Shown piece after piece: positions 12,885 to 25,397 of a stretch of 64,000 bases of DNA (position 1 is its first letter; every line of letters begins with the position of its first letter). The notes beneath the pieces are model-generated. The model had not been told where the DNA came from, searched no databases, and saw only the letters and a list, made by a program, of their open reading frames with translations. Both the position numbers and the translations under genes were made by a program. Location of the stretch: positions 124,620,001 through 124,684,000 of the forward strand of contig OX597820.1 of NCBI GenBank assembly GCA_951406725.2. The letters are read 5' to 3'. The DNA comes from Octopus vulgaris (taxonomy: Eukaryota).

Positions 12885-13775
12885 CCAGCAACTATATGAT
12901 AATTTCACAGAACGCCTGTTAAATATTTTCCTAGACAAACACTTTCCAGCCACTCACAGATACAGGAAAATATCCAATGGGCTTTCTATGAAACTATCAT
13001 ATAACTGCTGCCCCAAGATGAAGTTTATCATTACACGTGGTCAATACCAAGAGCCTGAATCCAGATGCATCTGTCGCGACCCAGAAACCAGTCCACTTGA
13101 CCAACGATGTATGACTAAATGAAGCAGAAGTTACTGCAACCCTAAATAATAATACAACTGATAAGAAGAGCTATACTGGATTATGTGAAGGTGATTTTAA
13201 AAACCGCTATGCCTATCACATAGCCTCCTTCCAACACAGTGTCAAAGTAAAGTTACTAAGTTGGCTAGCTACGAAACACAGCATGTGATTAAATGGAACG
13301 TAATTGAGAAATCTATACCTTATGTGAATGGATTCAATAAATGTAGACTATATTTGGCTGAAAAAGCTCAGTTCCTGTTCAGATCTAAGATCTCTAACTC
13401 TCTATTGAACTCCAGGTCAGTAATTTTCAGTGGTCGTATATGTATATATTTTGAAGAACTGGAATATTTGGCCTGTTCCTGACTGACTTGATATATTTCC
13501 CGCATTATCATTTAAGGTCTAATGAGGAGAGCTCTTTTGTATTTTTAATTTTTATTTTTTACATTTTAATTTCTGTTCTCTGTTGTCTACTGTCTACGTT
13601 TTCTATATGTTGCCTTCTAAATTTTTTTGTATTTTTCAATTAGTCTATTTAGTTAGTGATGATATGTGCCTTGCGCCTGAAGAATATGTTTGAGTCCTTT
13701 CAATATATGAAACTATTAGTAGCGCTTTAATGCACGTACTAGGTGATACACTGCTGTTAATAAACAAATAACTAC
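12885..13775 (+). mobile_element. Penelope-like element 3' relic: RT thumb/linker, GIY-YIG endonuclease and pLTR (possibly Naiad-type)
   Basis: Frameshifted peptide LDKHFP..HRYRKI..MKLSYNCCP..CICRDPETSPLDQRC..KSYTGLCEGDFKNRYAYHIASF..IKWNVIEK..KCRLYLAEK..LLNSRS, followed by an HHR. Confidence 0.85.
13663..13738 (+). ncRNA. Complete type I hammerhead ribozyme
   Basis: UAUGUGC-CUU-GCGC-CUGAAGA(13677-83)-AUAUGUUUGA-GUCCUU-UCAAUAUAU-GAAA(13709-12)-CU-AUU-AGU-A|GCGC-UUUAAU-GCACGUA. All three stems pair. Predicted cleavage is after A13721 (GUA). Confidence 0.85.
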
Positions 13776-13776
13776 A

Positions 13777-13896
13777 GGGGCAAGCGTGGCTGTGTGGTAG
13801 AAGCTCGTTCAGACACACTGCGTCGGTCTACTATAACCTTGAGCTGAGAAAAAGACTTGTGAATGGATTTGGTAGACGGAAACCGAAAGAAGCCCA

Positions 13897-13936
<40 letters not shown>

Positions 13937-14154
13937 TATATATATATGCATTTACATCTAATACATCTATGTGTGTATCTTTGTGCCTGTTTGCACCCTT
14001 TGTAACTTAGCGACTCGGCGAAAGAAAACGATAGAATACGTACCAGGTTTTAAAAGTATAAACCATGAAGTCGATTTCTTCGACTTAAAATATTTAATGT
14101 GATGCTCCAGCTTGGCTGTAGCGAAATGACTGAAACAAGTAAAATGTAAAAAGC
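13777..14154 (+). mobile_element. SINE family A, diverged copy with internal deletions
   Basis: gtggctgtgtggtag...ggatttggtagacggaaac...tgctccagc...gactgaaacaagtaaaa. Confidence 0.75.
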
Positions 14155-15654
14155 AAAAAGGAACTTCGAAAATTTTCTGTTACAAAATTGTTCATCTTGT
14201 CCCGTTGTCCGTTACTATATGAATAATAAACGTTATTCCCTTTTTTACTGATTATAGTTGGTTTTATGCTTAAATTGAAAAATACATAAATAAAGCATTG
14301 GATATCATGCTGCAAGGGAAGCTGCACCGCTCCTAAATTACAGCAGATGGTCTCCACGTATTTCTTTTAAATTTCCTGCAAATGATAATCAGTTTACTGA
14401 GTCAAAACTGCGTTGGAGTTTATAGTCATGATTCGAAGTTGTTGATAATTTTCTATTACATTGTGTACATCATTAGTGAAGATACTTAACTAACACTGAT
14501 TCCATCACCATAATTCTAACTATACCTGATTTAGTGCCCTAAAATCATTAGGAGCATTTGTCTCACTGAACTCATTCTTGAACTGAAATGCCGTTTTCCT
14601 TTCGATGTATTAGCAAGAAAATGCCTTCTCAATCTTTTTTTATATCTTTTAGCGAGGAGAGAAAGCAGTGCTCATGACTTATTGCAGGTTCCCTAAGTAG
14701 GTAGGGGTTGAGTGAAGAAGGAAGAGATTTTTGAACCATAAACTTGCCTCGAATGATTTACTACAGAGTGCATTTCGCTAACGATTAATAAATTGTAACT
14801 GTCATTTGGTTTTCCTATTTTCGTCAATAAACACAACTAATAATTTGAGGTGCAAATTTCTAAAATAATTAATCGGCTACGCACTAGTATACTAATTGCA
14901 ATGAGTTTAGTGATTCCGAGATCAAATTAAACCGAAATATTTAATTTTTTTTTGTATTTTGCTTGAATGTCGTAAGAGTCAATCGATGAGATAAAGATGG
15001 AGTATCCTCATTATGCGGGTACATTATACAAACACAAGTTTCATGAGTCATTACGTTACAATAGTGAAGATAACAAACCCTTCACAGAATGTTTTTCGTC
15101 GCACAGGCGTTCGTGGATATTTTTAATTCAGCCATTCTTCTATCCCTAAAATCTTAAGATAAATGATTAAGGAATATTTCAACAGTTTTGTAGTAGCCTC
15201 CAACTAATCATATTTTTCCTAGCTTTCCTTGTTTTATTTGTTGTTTTGGCTGCATTGGTGGGTTTGTGAATGTATCCGCATAAGATATTAACTTCGAAAT
15301 CCAGAAGTCTTTTTCCTTTAAATATTTGAAGTTATTTCTTTCACTTTAATCTGAAACGATTCCGGATGAATTAATTATATAGAGAATATTTATAAACGAA
15401 TTATATGTTGATTTCTTTTACGTCAACAAGTAGAATTCTTGACAGTTGGCCGCATAAATTCCAATCAAAAGATCTGTAAAATTTTAATCATTAAATTAAT
15501 CCGCATTTGAAGACAATGAAAAATTAAAAGTACAGTCTGAACGTAAATTAGAAAGCAATGAAAATAAAAATTATGAAGGATATATTAAGATAATTTATCA
15601 TTTCTAACTATTTTGAGCTATCATATTGTTTTATTAGATTCTATAAAAATAAGA

Positions 15655-15832
15655 CACCGGCTGCAAGAATCGTTACCGATACTTCTTACGGCTCTTTACA
15701 CTCCGAGCTCAAATGTCAGCTTTGCCTTCCATCTGTTTCAGGGTCGGTAAAACAAAAGGGACCAGTCAAGTAATGGGGTAAATTTAATCATCTTCTCTTC
15801 CTTAGAAAATTGTTAGATTTTGTGCCCTAAAT
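15655..15832 (+). mobile_element. SINE family B, highly diverged
   Basis: gaatcgtta...gagctcaaat...ctttgccttccatc...gggtcggtaaa...accagtcaagtaatgggg. Confidence 0.5.
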
Positions 15833-16747
15833 GTAAAATAGTGATATCCCAAACTAATGGAGGAATAGATTATACAGCAAAAAAAGAAAGCATATTAAAT
15901 GATTTGCAATATTTAGTGACTTCGACTCAATTCCCATATCAAACCACTGCGAGTTCGAATAACTTTTCATTCTTTAGAGAAAAATAGAAATATTAAATCT
16001 CTTGGGATCCAGCTTATGGACTGATCTTTATCAGAACTTTTGATATTATTTTGTATATTACTAATAGTCATAATACATTGTAATTCATAAGCTATCAATA
16101 AGTTGTGTTCAAGAAATCCATGACTATAGTGAGTTCTCTTGGTGATTTAGTAAAAAGGGAGTGACAGCGAAAGCAAATATATTACGTATTTATTATACCT
16201 AACCCTGTGGTAGGTGCAGGTAAACCTGAGTGTTCTAGATGCCCGGCCACGTGGTTTCAACATCTATCTATATATATACATATATCGCTGCTATTCTGCA
16301 AATGTTTCAAAAGTCCAAAAGGTTCCTTTTTCAGAAAACGAAAATATAGTTTCACCATTCATTCCATTCCTTTTAACATTAGCAACAGTTTGAACTTAGC
16401 AATAATAATTTGCTGGGTGCATATAATCGTAACTCCATTTTGTATGATATTATCAGTCAGAAACATTTTTGTCGTATGTGGAACTTTGACACTGACAATT
16501 TTCATAACTTGGCATCTGAAGCAGCTGGAGATACGATAGTTTGATCAAATGAACAGGCTATTGCAAGCAAAAATAACTATTGGAAAAAATACGTATTTGG
16601 CCAAATTTGGACATATGACAGTTTAACATAATAGCAACGATAGAGAGATAGATAGATCGATAGACAGACAGACAGACAGACAGATAGACAAGAAGACAAT
16701 ATATATATATATATATATATACAGACATATATATATATATATGTATG

Positions 16748-16816
<69 letters not shown>

Positions 16817-17956
16817 TTAGATAGAAAACTAGAGAGAGAGGGGGAGAGTGAGGGAGAGAGGTGAGTACAGGAAGAGAATGAGTTTCAATTATCACTTAAA
16901 TGAAGAGGGGGAAATTATATTTTACGCTTCAAATTAAATCTTCGTGCGCGTGATGATGGTCCCATTTCTCAGAAATCACTACACAGATACTTTGTTGCAT
17001 ACTAAATAAATTAAATGCACATAAAAGCGCATACCATGCAGACACTCTTGCTATTAGTCTTATGTTCCAAAAATTTTATTCAAGATTCAAAACTGAACTG
17101 CTTTTGACAATGGAAGTTACTTATAGTTTATATTGCATGATCTCGAAATTGGAGCTTTTGAGAACTGCAGAAGAGTTTCACTTCATATAAAGATTTACAA
17201 TGTTTACACTGATGCAACGGTTCTCCAGTCTAATATTAATGTAGTTATTTGGAAAGCATGGAGCAGCTTCAATGATCAATGGTCATATTCAAACTGTCGC
17301 CCTTTTGATCGAAATATGCCATTTTATTGACTCAGCAATTTGTGCTTAACGGAAGATAATAAATGGAAATTTTGAGCAAGTAAGAATCATCTATGATGAA
17401 TAGGAAAAATTATCAAGGTAAATATGTGGAACGACTTCGACAAATGTTCGTTTGTAATCGCTCAAAGGTTATGATAAATATTGTTTTTGGGAAACAAATA
17501 AACAATAGATGCTTTGACAGTTGCTACTGATGAAGTGTCACTAAATTACAATAAATTATATTAAATGACCACGATGTTAGCAATATCATTTCCCATATTT
17601 ATACACAGGTTCTGTTATTAGCTTTATTTGTTCTCCTTTGTTTAAGATTATTTCAAGTTTTCCACGAATTTCCCAAAGTTGAAAAAATGCGATACAATTT
17701 GGCCCTTTTTGTTTTGAATGTTTGAACATTCTTGCTGCTATATTTAACGGGGAAAATTTAAATATCTTCAATGTAATTCTGCTTGATTGGTTGATTATCC
17801 TTGTTAGACATAATGATTCTATTTATTTTTAACAAAACTATAACAATCTCGGGTAAAATTTAACATCCGATTCACGTCGTTTCAAATGGTGCAATGGGTA
17901 TATTGGTTTCAATCCTGAAAGTTAGCGAAAATTTAGGATGTATTCGAGTTGTAAGC

Positions 17957-18245
17957 GCGCGCTTTAAACCACTACGCCACATCGCGTAGTGGTTAACAGC
18001 GCGGGATACTAACCCCAAGATACCGAGTGAGATTCCAGGCAGTGACCTGAAGGATAGTAATAATAATAATAATAATAATAACAACAACATCGAAAAATAC
18101 CTTAGGAATGTGAACCCACGTTCGAAATTTCCCCAAGACACCTGATGAAGGCTGGAAAGTATATCAGCCAAAACATTTGTGTTAACAACAACAAGATGAG
18201 GACGAATATCCGTCAAATATAAATAATGTAAATAATGTAAATTAT
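17957..18245 (+). mobile_element. PLE family C 3' module: short inverted 5' arm, tRNA-like head, (AAT)n, HHR, (AATGTAAAT)n tail
   Basis: gcgtagtggttaa (A box)...gagtgagattcc (B-box variant), AAT run 18058-18088, gacacctgatgaaggctg...cagcc. 17957-17977 is an inverted copy of 17984-18003. Confidence 0.8.
18137..18183 (+). ncRNA. Degenerate minimal type I hammerhead (family C)
   Basis: GACAC-CUGAUGA-A-GGCUG-loop-CAGCC-AAAAC-AUUU-GUGUU. Stems I and II pair; GAAA is changed to AAAA, whereas the 25126-25130 copy keeps GAAAC. Confidence 0.65.
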
Positions 18246-18830
18246 TAAGTAGACGTAACAAATATATTGGAGATGGGCAATTTGCGGTCACTCTCACCAT
18301 AGTTTATTCAGGATCTCTCACTCTCTCGCACCCTCTTTTTCTCACACACACATACATGCATATAGGCATACACACACGCGTATACATATTTATGCATGTG
18401 TATGAAGTGTAATCACATACATTACTTTATAATGTGCTTACATAATAAAATTATATTCCCTTAGAAATTGCATATTTCTTTCTACTTAATTTACTTGTTC
18501 ACACTCTCATTGATATCTTAAAATATCACAAATGTACACTGCAGCAATTTACTGAAAGCAAATTTTCTAAGAATTTTCCTCAAAGACATCACAGCAGGAA
18601 TGAATGACTGCACAGCTATGTGACCTGCCTACAATGTTACTTTATAAATTGTCACCATCCAAACAACCATTAAATTTCGAGCATAGTTCCAGTTTCCTTT
18701 CAAATAATACGTCTCCTGCACATATCTGAGTATCGGTCAACACACTTATTCAATCACTAAAATCAAATGTACACGATTCTATACCCCAACTATTTTGAGA
18801 CAGTGAAATGGTTTAAAGGTATTCTATCCA

Positions 18831-19065
18831 AAGGCGGCGAGCTGGCAGAATCATTAGCACGTCGGGCGAGATGTCGAACGGCATTACGTCTGCCGTTACG
18901 TTTTGAGTTCAAATTCCGCCGAGGTCGACTTTGCCTTTCATCCTTTCGGGGTCGATTAAATGAGTAAAGTTACGCACTGGGGTCGATGTAATCGACTTAA
19001 TCCGTGTGATTGTCCTTGTTTATCTCCTGTGTGTTTAGCCCCTTGTGGGTAGTAAAGAAATAGGT
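18831..19065 (+). mobile_element. SINE family B, full monomer with ~15-bp target-site duplication
   Basis: A box tggcagaatc, B box gagttcaaattcc, central gcctttcatcctttcggggtcgat domain. TSD aggtattctatccaa (18817-18831) / aggtgttccatccaa (19062-19076). Confidence 0.9.
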
Positions 19066-19657
19066 GTTCCATCCAAGAGGATTTTACTTAAATCTACGTT
19101 TTAGGAATTAATTTAGGTGATGTTTACTGGCAGTTTCACTTCCCATAGAAAACATGTGCCTTTCCAGCAAATTTTGATGTTCTATACTTATGGTATGTTA
19201 AATTTTCTTTAATATTGAAGATGAAATAGAAATCTGTGTTTAGAGAAATTCGCCACGAATATGATAGAATCAAAATTTATTGAAATATATTTATGTCTGC
19301 TTTTCATCGAAACGCCAACAATTTCTTGTGACCTCTTACCAGAAAGTTCATTGTAAAATATGCAGAACAAATTATATAGTAATACTCTATGTACACTTTA
19401 ACATAATATTTCTATTCGTAGATTTTTAAGTTTCTATTTCTGTTCCTTTTACCTTCCATAGTAACCATTCTACAAATAATAAGTTCCATAAAACTGACTT
19501 CCAGTTTCGAGTATTTATTTGGTGTGTGTTAAAGTGAACTCTTGCGAGAAAGAAAAAAACCCACATAAGTACCAATATTTCGGTCTCAAACCAATTGCAT
19601 GTACACCCTTGTGTCTCTTCAACCTGTGTAAATGTATATGACGCAGAATTTATACTT

Positions 19658-19660
<3 letters not shown>

Positions 19661-19727
<67 letters not shown>
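19661..19727. repeat. (CT)n microsatellite
   Basis: Perfect CT run. Confidence 0.95.
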
Positions 19728-19731
<4 letters not shown>

Positions 19732-20201
19732 GCGCTCTCTTTCTCACCCCCTCACATACATACACAAACAAATATCTGATTTCGTGTGTGTTTACATATA
19801 TAGATATAAGTCTCATATGTAATTTTATCATATATACAAATCATAATTTCAACTCCACTGTATCACGATGCTTATACAAACACACGCAGAAAGAAATCAC
19901 ATACACAATTTCCATCTCTGTTTTTTAAAAAAACATTCAGGTGCCATTTTATATGAAAGCATTTTGTGATTTAGATCACCCAGAGAAACCACTTTGTCCC
20001 TGAAAGAAATATTACTGCATATTGTGTTACGTTAGCTAACAGTTCCATTTTTTACCATTTAGCTTTTTTAAGATGTATTGCATCCGAGGGGAAATATTGC
20101 TTTCGGGGTATACAGTAGCATTCATTTCCTTCTGTAAGAAAGGGAACTATAATTATGCGCGCGCACGCACACACACAAGACACACACGCACACAGACAGA
20201 G

Positions 20202-20270
<69 letters not shown>

Positions 20271-20504
20271 GATTCTAAATATTTCCAGAAGTCTATGTTA
20301 TTCCTGTCAACAGCAGCTAGTAAAGAACGTATGAGACCAGGGTTATATTTCGCTGCAAATAAAACATTACTTGCTGCTTTAGGAGAGAGAAAAAGTACAA
20401 GATATTATTCACAATAGATAATGGTTTCTCGGCTATACATCGTGTACTCATTTTTATATCATGTCGCAGAATTAGCCGTATTGTAGCTATCAAAAGAGCA
20501 TATC

Positions 20505-20536
<32 letters not shown>

Positions 20537-20568
20537 TCTATCTATCTATCTATATATATATATATATA

Positions 20569-20646
<78 letters not shown>

Positions 20647-20706
20647 CACATATATATATATATACATATATATATATACATATATATTTATACATATACA
20701 TATATA

Positions 20707-20864
20707 CGACGGTCTTCTTTCAGTTTCCGTCTACCAAATCCACTCCCGAGGCTTTGGTCGGCCCGAGGCTATGGTAGAAGACAATTGCCCAAGGTGCCAC
20801 GCAGTGGGACTGAACCCGGAACCATGTGACTAGTAAACAACCTACTTACCACACAGCCACTCCT
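20707..20864 (-). mobile_element. SINE family A, 5' half only, ending in an expanded (TA)n
   Basis: The head and body match 52919-53085 and abut the ~200-bp TATC/TA tract at 20504-20706. Confidence 0.85.
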
Positions 20865-20883
20865 CTCTCTCTCTCTCTATTTT

Positions 20884-20943
<60 letters not shown>

Positions 20944-21169
20944 AAGAGTGAGTGAGAGAGACGTACATTCCATGAACGCGGACTTATGATGTTTGTAAAG
21001 TGAATATTTCTGAACAGTAGATCCGCCACACACGGCACACAGGCAAACATGCACACAAGCACACACACACACACAAACACAAACACCCACACACACATAC
21101 ATACACACGCAAACTCGCGTATATATGATGATAGTTGAAAAGTGTTTTAAAGGTCCTTTGCAGGCTATA

Positions 21170-21393
21170 GGTCCATAGCTATAGGCGATTTTCTCGGTTT
21201 TTGTAGCGTATATATCCTACCCCACCACTGCACGGAAGTGTGAACGGTCGCTGCATTTCACATTTCTCATAGTCGAGTGTATTGGAGAAGTATGCAATGA
21301 AGAGGTTTGCTACAGGTCACAATCTAGGAACTCTTACTACTATCTGAAGATGCCGGGTACCACACCCGTAACCAATAAGCCACGTGCATTCAC
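21170..21393 (-). mobile_element. Diverged tRNA-SINE related to family D (63174-63456)
   Basis: Shares taaccaataagcc.cg.gc.ttcac at the head end and gagtg.attggag in the body. Confidence 0.45.
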
Positions 21394-21899
21394 TCTTGCC
21401 TGTGCGAATACATACGCATTCACATATATGTACGTACGTGAGTGTGTGTGTGCTGTTTGTCAGTCTGTATTGCAGATGTTGCAGCAACAACAACGTTAAC
21501 AGGAATAGAAAGACAAACTATCTTGCGCATGCACCTTCGTCATGGTTCTAGAAGCTGTTACAGAAGTATATCATTACACCATATTTAACTGGAAGGTAAC
21601 AGCATTATTCCAAGTAATGTGGATATGGCAGAAAGTTAGAAAGATCCTAAATAATAATTGTATGAATAGAGAAAGTGTAATGGCATACAAAACCACCGTA
21701 GAAGAACTCTGCATCCTTTGCCAGCTCGTCTACAAATATTTAAAGAATATCAGAAACATATCAGCATATCAAAAACAAGAAAAAATATTTTATCTATTGC
21801 TGATGGAAGAATAAATATTTCAACAATGTGCATCATTTAAGCACTTGGTGACATTTGTTTTCTGGTCAAGCTTCAAGAACCCTGCGAAGAATTCTTGCT

Positions 21900-22810
21900 G
21901 TTTGTAGAGATAAAAAGAAAACAAAACGAAGGTAATATTTTCACAGAAAGTTGTAGATTTAATAAATATGATCTTTTTAGTACATCTTCTTTTTACTAAA
22001 TATGGTCTTTTTTATGACCGCACAGAGAGAAATGTAGTGCTCTTAGAATAAAAAGGAGGATGTTTACATTTCCGAATACTCAGGGAGAAAGGAAAGGATA
22101 TAGGTATTCACAGAAGTTGTAGATATTAATGTTTGTTGTTTTTCTTTTTTTTTAAGCCGATCGTTTGTGTGCTCGAAAGTTGTAGTTCCCTAACTCCTTT
22201 AGAGGGAGAGTTAAAATATTCACAGGAAATTGTAGATATTCCAGTCTTTGGGAATAGTAGGAGGAAGAGATGTTCGCTTTGTTGAATTTTTGAATTTTTG
22301 AATTTCTGAATTCTTTTGGATTTTTTTCTATTCTTTTTAGGAGATTTACTGTGGTTTACAATTTTTGTAGTTGTACAGTATATATATATTGGCAGGTGCT
22401 TACCTCCTTAATTTATTTATCGTGCCTTTAATTGTGTTGTTACAATAAAAGGCATGTATAAATATTTGTGTAGTCAGGGAAAATCATAGATAAAATGTTC
22501 ACACAAAATTGTAGATATTAAATTTCTAATTTTTTTCTTTTTTTGAGATGTTCATTTGTGTGTCCATTTCAGAGAAGACTGCAGTGATTTGCAATAAAAA
22601 GGATGTTTACATTTTGAATAATCAGGGAGAAAGGAAAGGAAAGAAAAACAAAATAGAATTTTTCACAGAAATTTGTAAATATTTAGGTTTTAAAATTTAC
22701 TGCAGATGATCTTTCCGAACGGAGAAAATTGTTTTGCTCTTGGAATAAAGAGGATGTTGCCATTTTCGGATACTCAAGGGAAAGGGAAAATGATATGTAT
22801 TCACAAACAT
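21900..22810. repeat. Degenerate, irregular tandem (satellite-like) array, units of roughly 110-170 bp
   Basis: Recurring tattcacagaa(a)gttgtagatatt (21936, 22105, 22217, 22496, 22660) and aataaaaagga(gga)tgtttacattt...cagggagaaaggaaagg (22047, 22593, 22744). Confidence 0.7.
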
Positions 22811-22901
22811 ACACTCAAAGTAGAATATATATTCAGAGTTCCCTTGTCCATAGAGCATATATATGTATATGTATATATATATATACATATCTCTCTCTCT
22901 C

Positions 22902-22972
<71 letters not shown>

Positions 22973-23118
22973 GTATATCGACCGTTTATAAACAGAGGAT
23001 ACTGTTAATGCATGCGCTATTCCATACACACACATGGATATACTCAGGCACAAAATGGAATACAAAATGGCAGATCATTAGTAAGGAGTGACACACAAAA
23101 AAGAAAGAAGAAAGCAAA

Positions 23119-23163
23119 GGACCACTGATGAGATCACAGAAGTGTGACAAAAGAACTCTGGCC
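23119..23163 (+). ncRNA. Degenerate minimal type I hammerhead (family E)
   Basis: GGACCA-CUGAUGA-GAUCACA-GAAG-UGUGAC-AAAA-GAACUC-UGGCC. G12 is changed to A; the sister copy at 33081 keeps GAAA. Confidence 0.55.
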
Positions 23164-23339
23164 GAAATACAATTAACATAAAATAAAGCTAAAGAAAATG
23201 AACACGAAATATATAGTGCGTGTGTTTTTATTGGCTAAACTGGCAAGATGACCATCCCCAAATGCAACAATCCACACGTCAAGTTACCAGCCCCTATCTA
23301 CACGCACACACACGTTCTCACATACACATGCACGCACAC

Positions 23340-23610
23340 CTTCGTTTTTTGATCACCATTACTTTATTATCTACCCTTCTTCCTAACTTTCATGTCTGAC
23401 CACCTCTGTCCAGCCATCGCCATGATTAGGTGCTAGCTACTAAAGCTTTCTGTTTTTATTCTCTCTCTGTTTATTTTCTCGTGTTTCTTTCGGTTGAAGA
23501 GCTTTGGCTAGAAACGGAAAAGAATTACTCGTCTTCCCTAGCGTTGAACTAATACACCTGTTCGATGTTTACACATCTGTCTTCATCTTTTGTTTTTGTT
23601 AAATTTCAAC
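23340..23610 (+). mobile_element. Degenerate pLTR-like repeat with an HHR-like remnant at 23487-23522
   Basis: CUUU-CGGUUGA-A-GAGC-UUUG-GCUA-GAAAC-GG-A-AAAG keeps the hammerhead topology with a mutated core. Confidence 0.35.
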
Positions 23611-24435
23611 AATATATATATATATATATATATATGCATATATATACATATATCTAGGCATGTGTAATACGTATGTATATATATTTCTGTGTAAGTGAGC
23701 TTGTTTGTGTCTGTGTGTGTGCACACAAAACAATACATCAATATACAATACTGTGAAGGTGGTTATATGGACGAATATGTATACGGGGTGTTGTTTTTTT
23801 CTAATTATTTCAAAAAAGCATATAAAATCTAGACGGTATAAAATTAGCTTAAAATAGAAGCTGATTTAAGTGTTGAAGTGGGCCATTAATTGTCGAGAGA
23901 GAGAGAGAGAGAGAGAGTGAGAGAGAGAGAAAGAGAGAGATATAGAAAGAAAGCATAAAACAATTGATATATACTGGATAGTCAGTCTTCACCACTTTAT
24001 TCCTTTATTATCGCTAAATTGTAATTTTATTCTTCATTTCATGCGTCATTTTGATTGGCTCTTTCTTATAATCTGCCGATTAAGGATTGTAATTTAGAGG
24101 CAACCTGATCCCACTTATATGTTTGTCTCTTTATTTCTCTATTTTATATCTTCATTATAATTGCATTTCGTCCGTCACTATATATTGGGGTTTACTTTTG
24201 TCTGTAAACTACTAAGAATAACATATCACCTTGGGTAGGTTTTCTCACGTTGAATGAAATGACGGTAGGATCTAAAGTGAAACTTATTTAAACAATGCAC
24301 TGGAAAATATCATTTTACACCTTAGATGTATGACAATAGTTACACAACATTACACCAGTATGCTACAAGTTCAAAATTTGTCGAAACAAGTGTAATAATT
24401 TAATATAAAAGAATCTCGTTCATTGCATTTTCTAT

Positions 24436-24844
24436 CTTACTCTTTTACTCTTTTACTTGTTTCAGTCATTTTGACTGCGGACATGCTGGAGCACCGCCTT
24501 TAGTCGAGCAAATCGACCCCGGGACTTATTCTTTGTAAGCCTGGTACTTATTCTATCGCTCTCTTTTGCCGAACCGCTAGGTGACGGGGACGTAAACACA
24601 CCGGCATCGGTTGTCAAGCAATGCTAGGGGGACAAACACAGACACACAAACACACACATACATATATATATACATATATACGACAGGCTTCTTTCAGTTT
24701 CCGTCTTCCAAATTCACTGACAAGGCATTGGTCGGCCCGAGGCTATAGCAGGAGACACTTGCCCAAGATGCCACGCAGTGGGACTGAACCCGGAACCATG
24801 TTGTTGGTTAGCAAGCTACTTACCACACAACTACTTCTGCGCCT
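24436..24844 (-). mobile_element. SINE family A, full length
   Basis: Colinear and highly similar to 616-1031. Confidence 0.92.
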
Positions 24845-25061
24845 ATCATTTATTTATTGATATAAATTCTATAGATACAATGGAATTCCTGTTGCATATC
24901 CTGCTACAAAGTCCTGCTGTAGCAGGATAATTCCCTCTCTATAACATCAGGCTGCCAATAACTTTGGACGAGCTTTGTATTTTTTTGCTCGAATCTTGTT
25001 TAACTGATCATTACATACATACCTATACATATATATATTTACACACACACACACATATTTC

Positions 25062-25203
25062 TTTACATTATTTACATTATTTACATTTGACGGATATTTT
25101 TCCTCATCTTGTTTCTTGTTAACAAGTTTCGGCTCCAGCCTTAATCAGGTGTCTTCGGGAAATTTCGCACCTGAGTTCTCATTCTCTAAGGTATTTTTCG
25201 ATG

Positions 25204-25292
<89 letters not shown>

Positions 25293-25397
25293 GTTGTTGT
25301 TGTTGTTGTTGTTAATATTATTCAGGTCGCTGCTTGGAATCAAACTCGGAATCTTGGGTTTAGTATCCCGCGCTCTTAACGACTACCCCATATTCCC
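25062..25397 (-). mobile_element. PLE family C 3' module starting at the tRNA-like +1
   Basis: Minus strand GGGAATATGGGGTAGTCGTTAAGAGC...GAGTTTGATTCC, then (AAC/AAT)n, then GACAC-CTGATTA-AGGCTGGAGCC-GAAAC, then (AATGTAAAT)n. Confidence 0.82.

Noticed and set aside
18007-18013. TACTAAC branch-point consensus in family C
   Set aside because: It coincides with the anticodon-loop position of the tRNA-like head and has no pyrimidine tract or acceptor context.
21343-21375. CTGAAGA followed by the hairpin cgggt/acccg
   Set aside because: It is followed by TAAC rather than GAAA and lies antisense in a SINE head.
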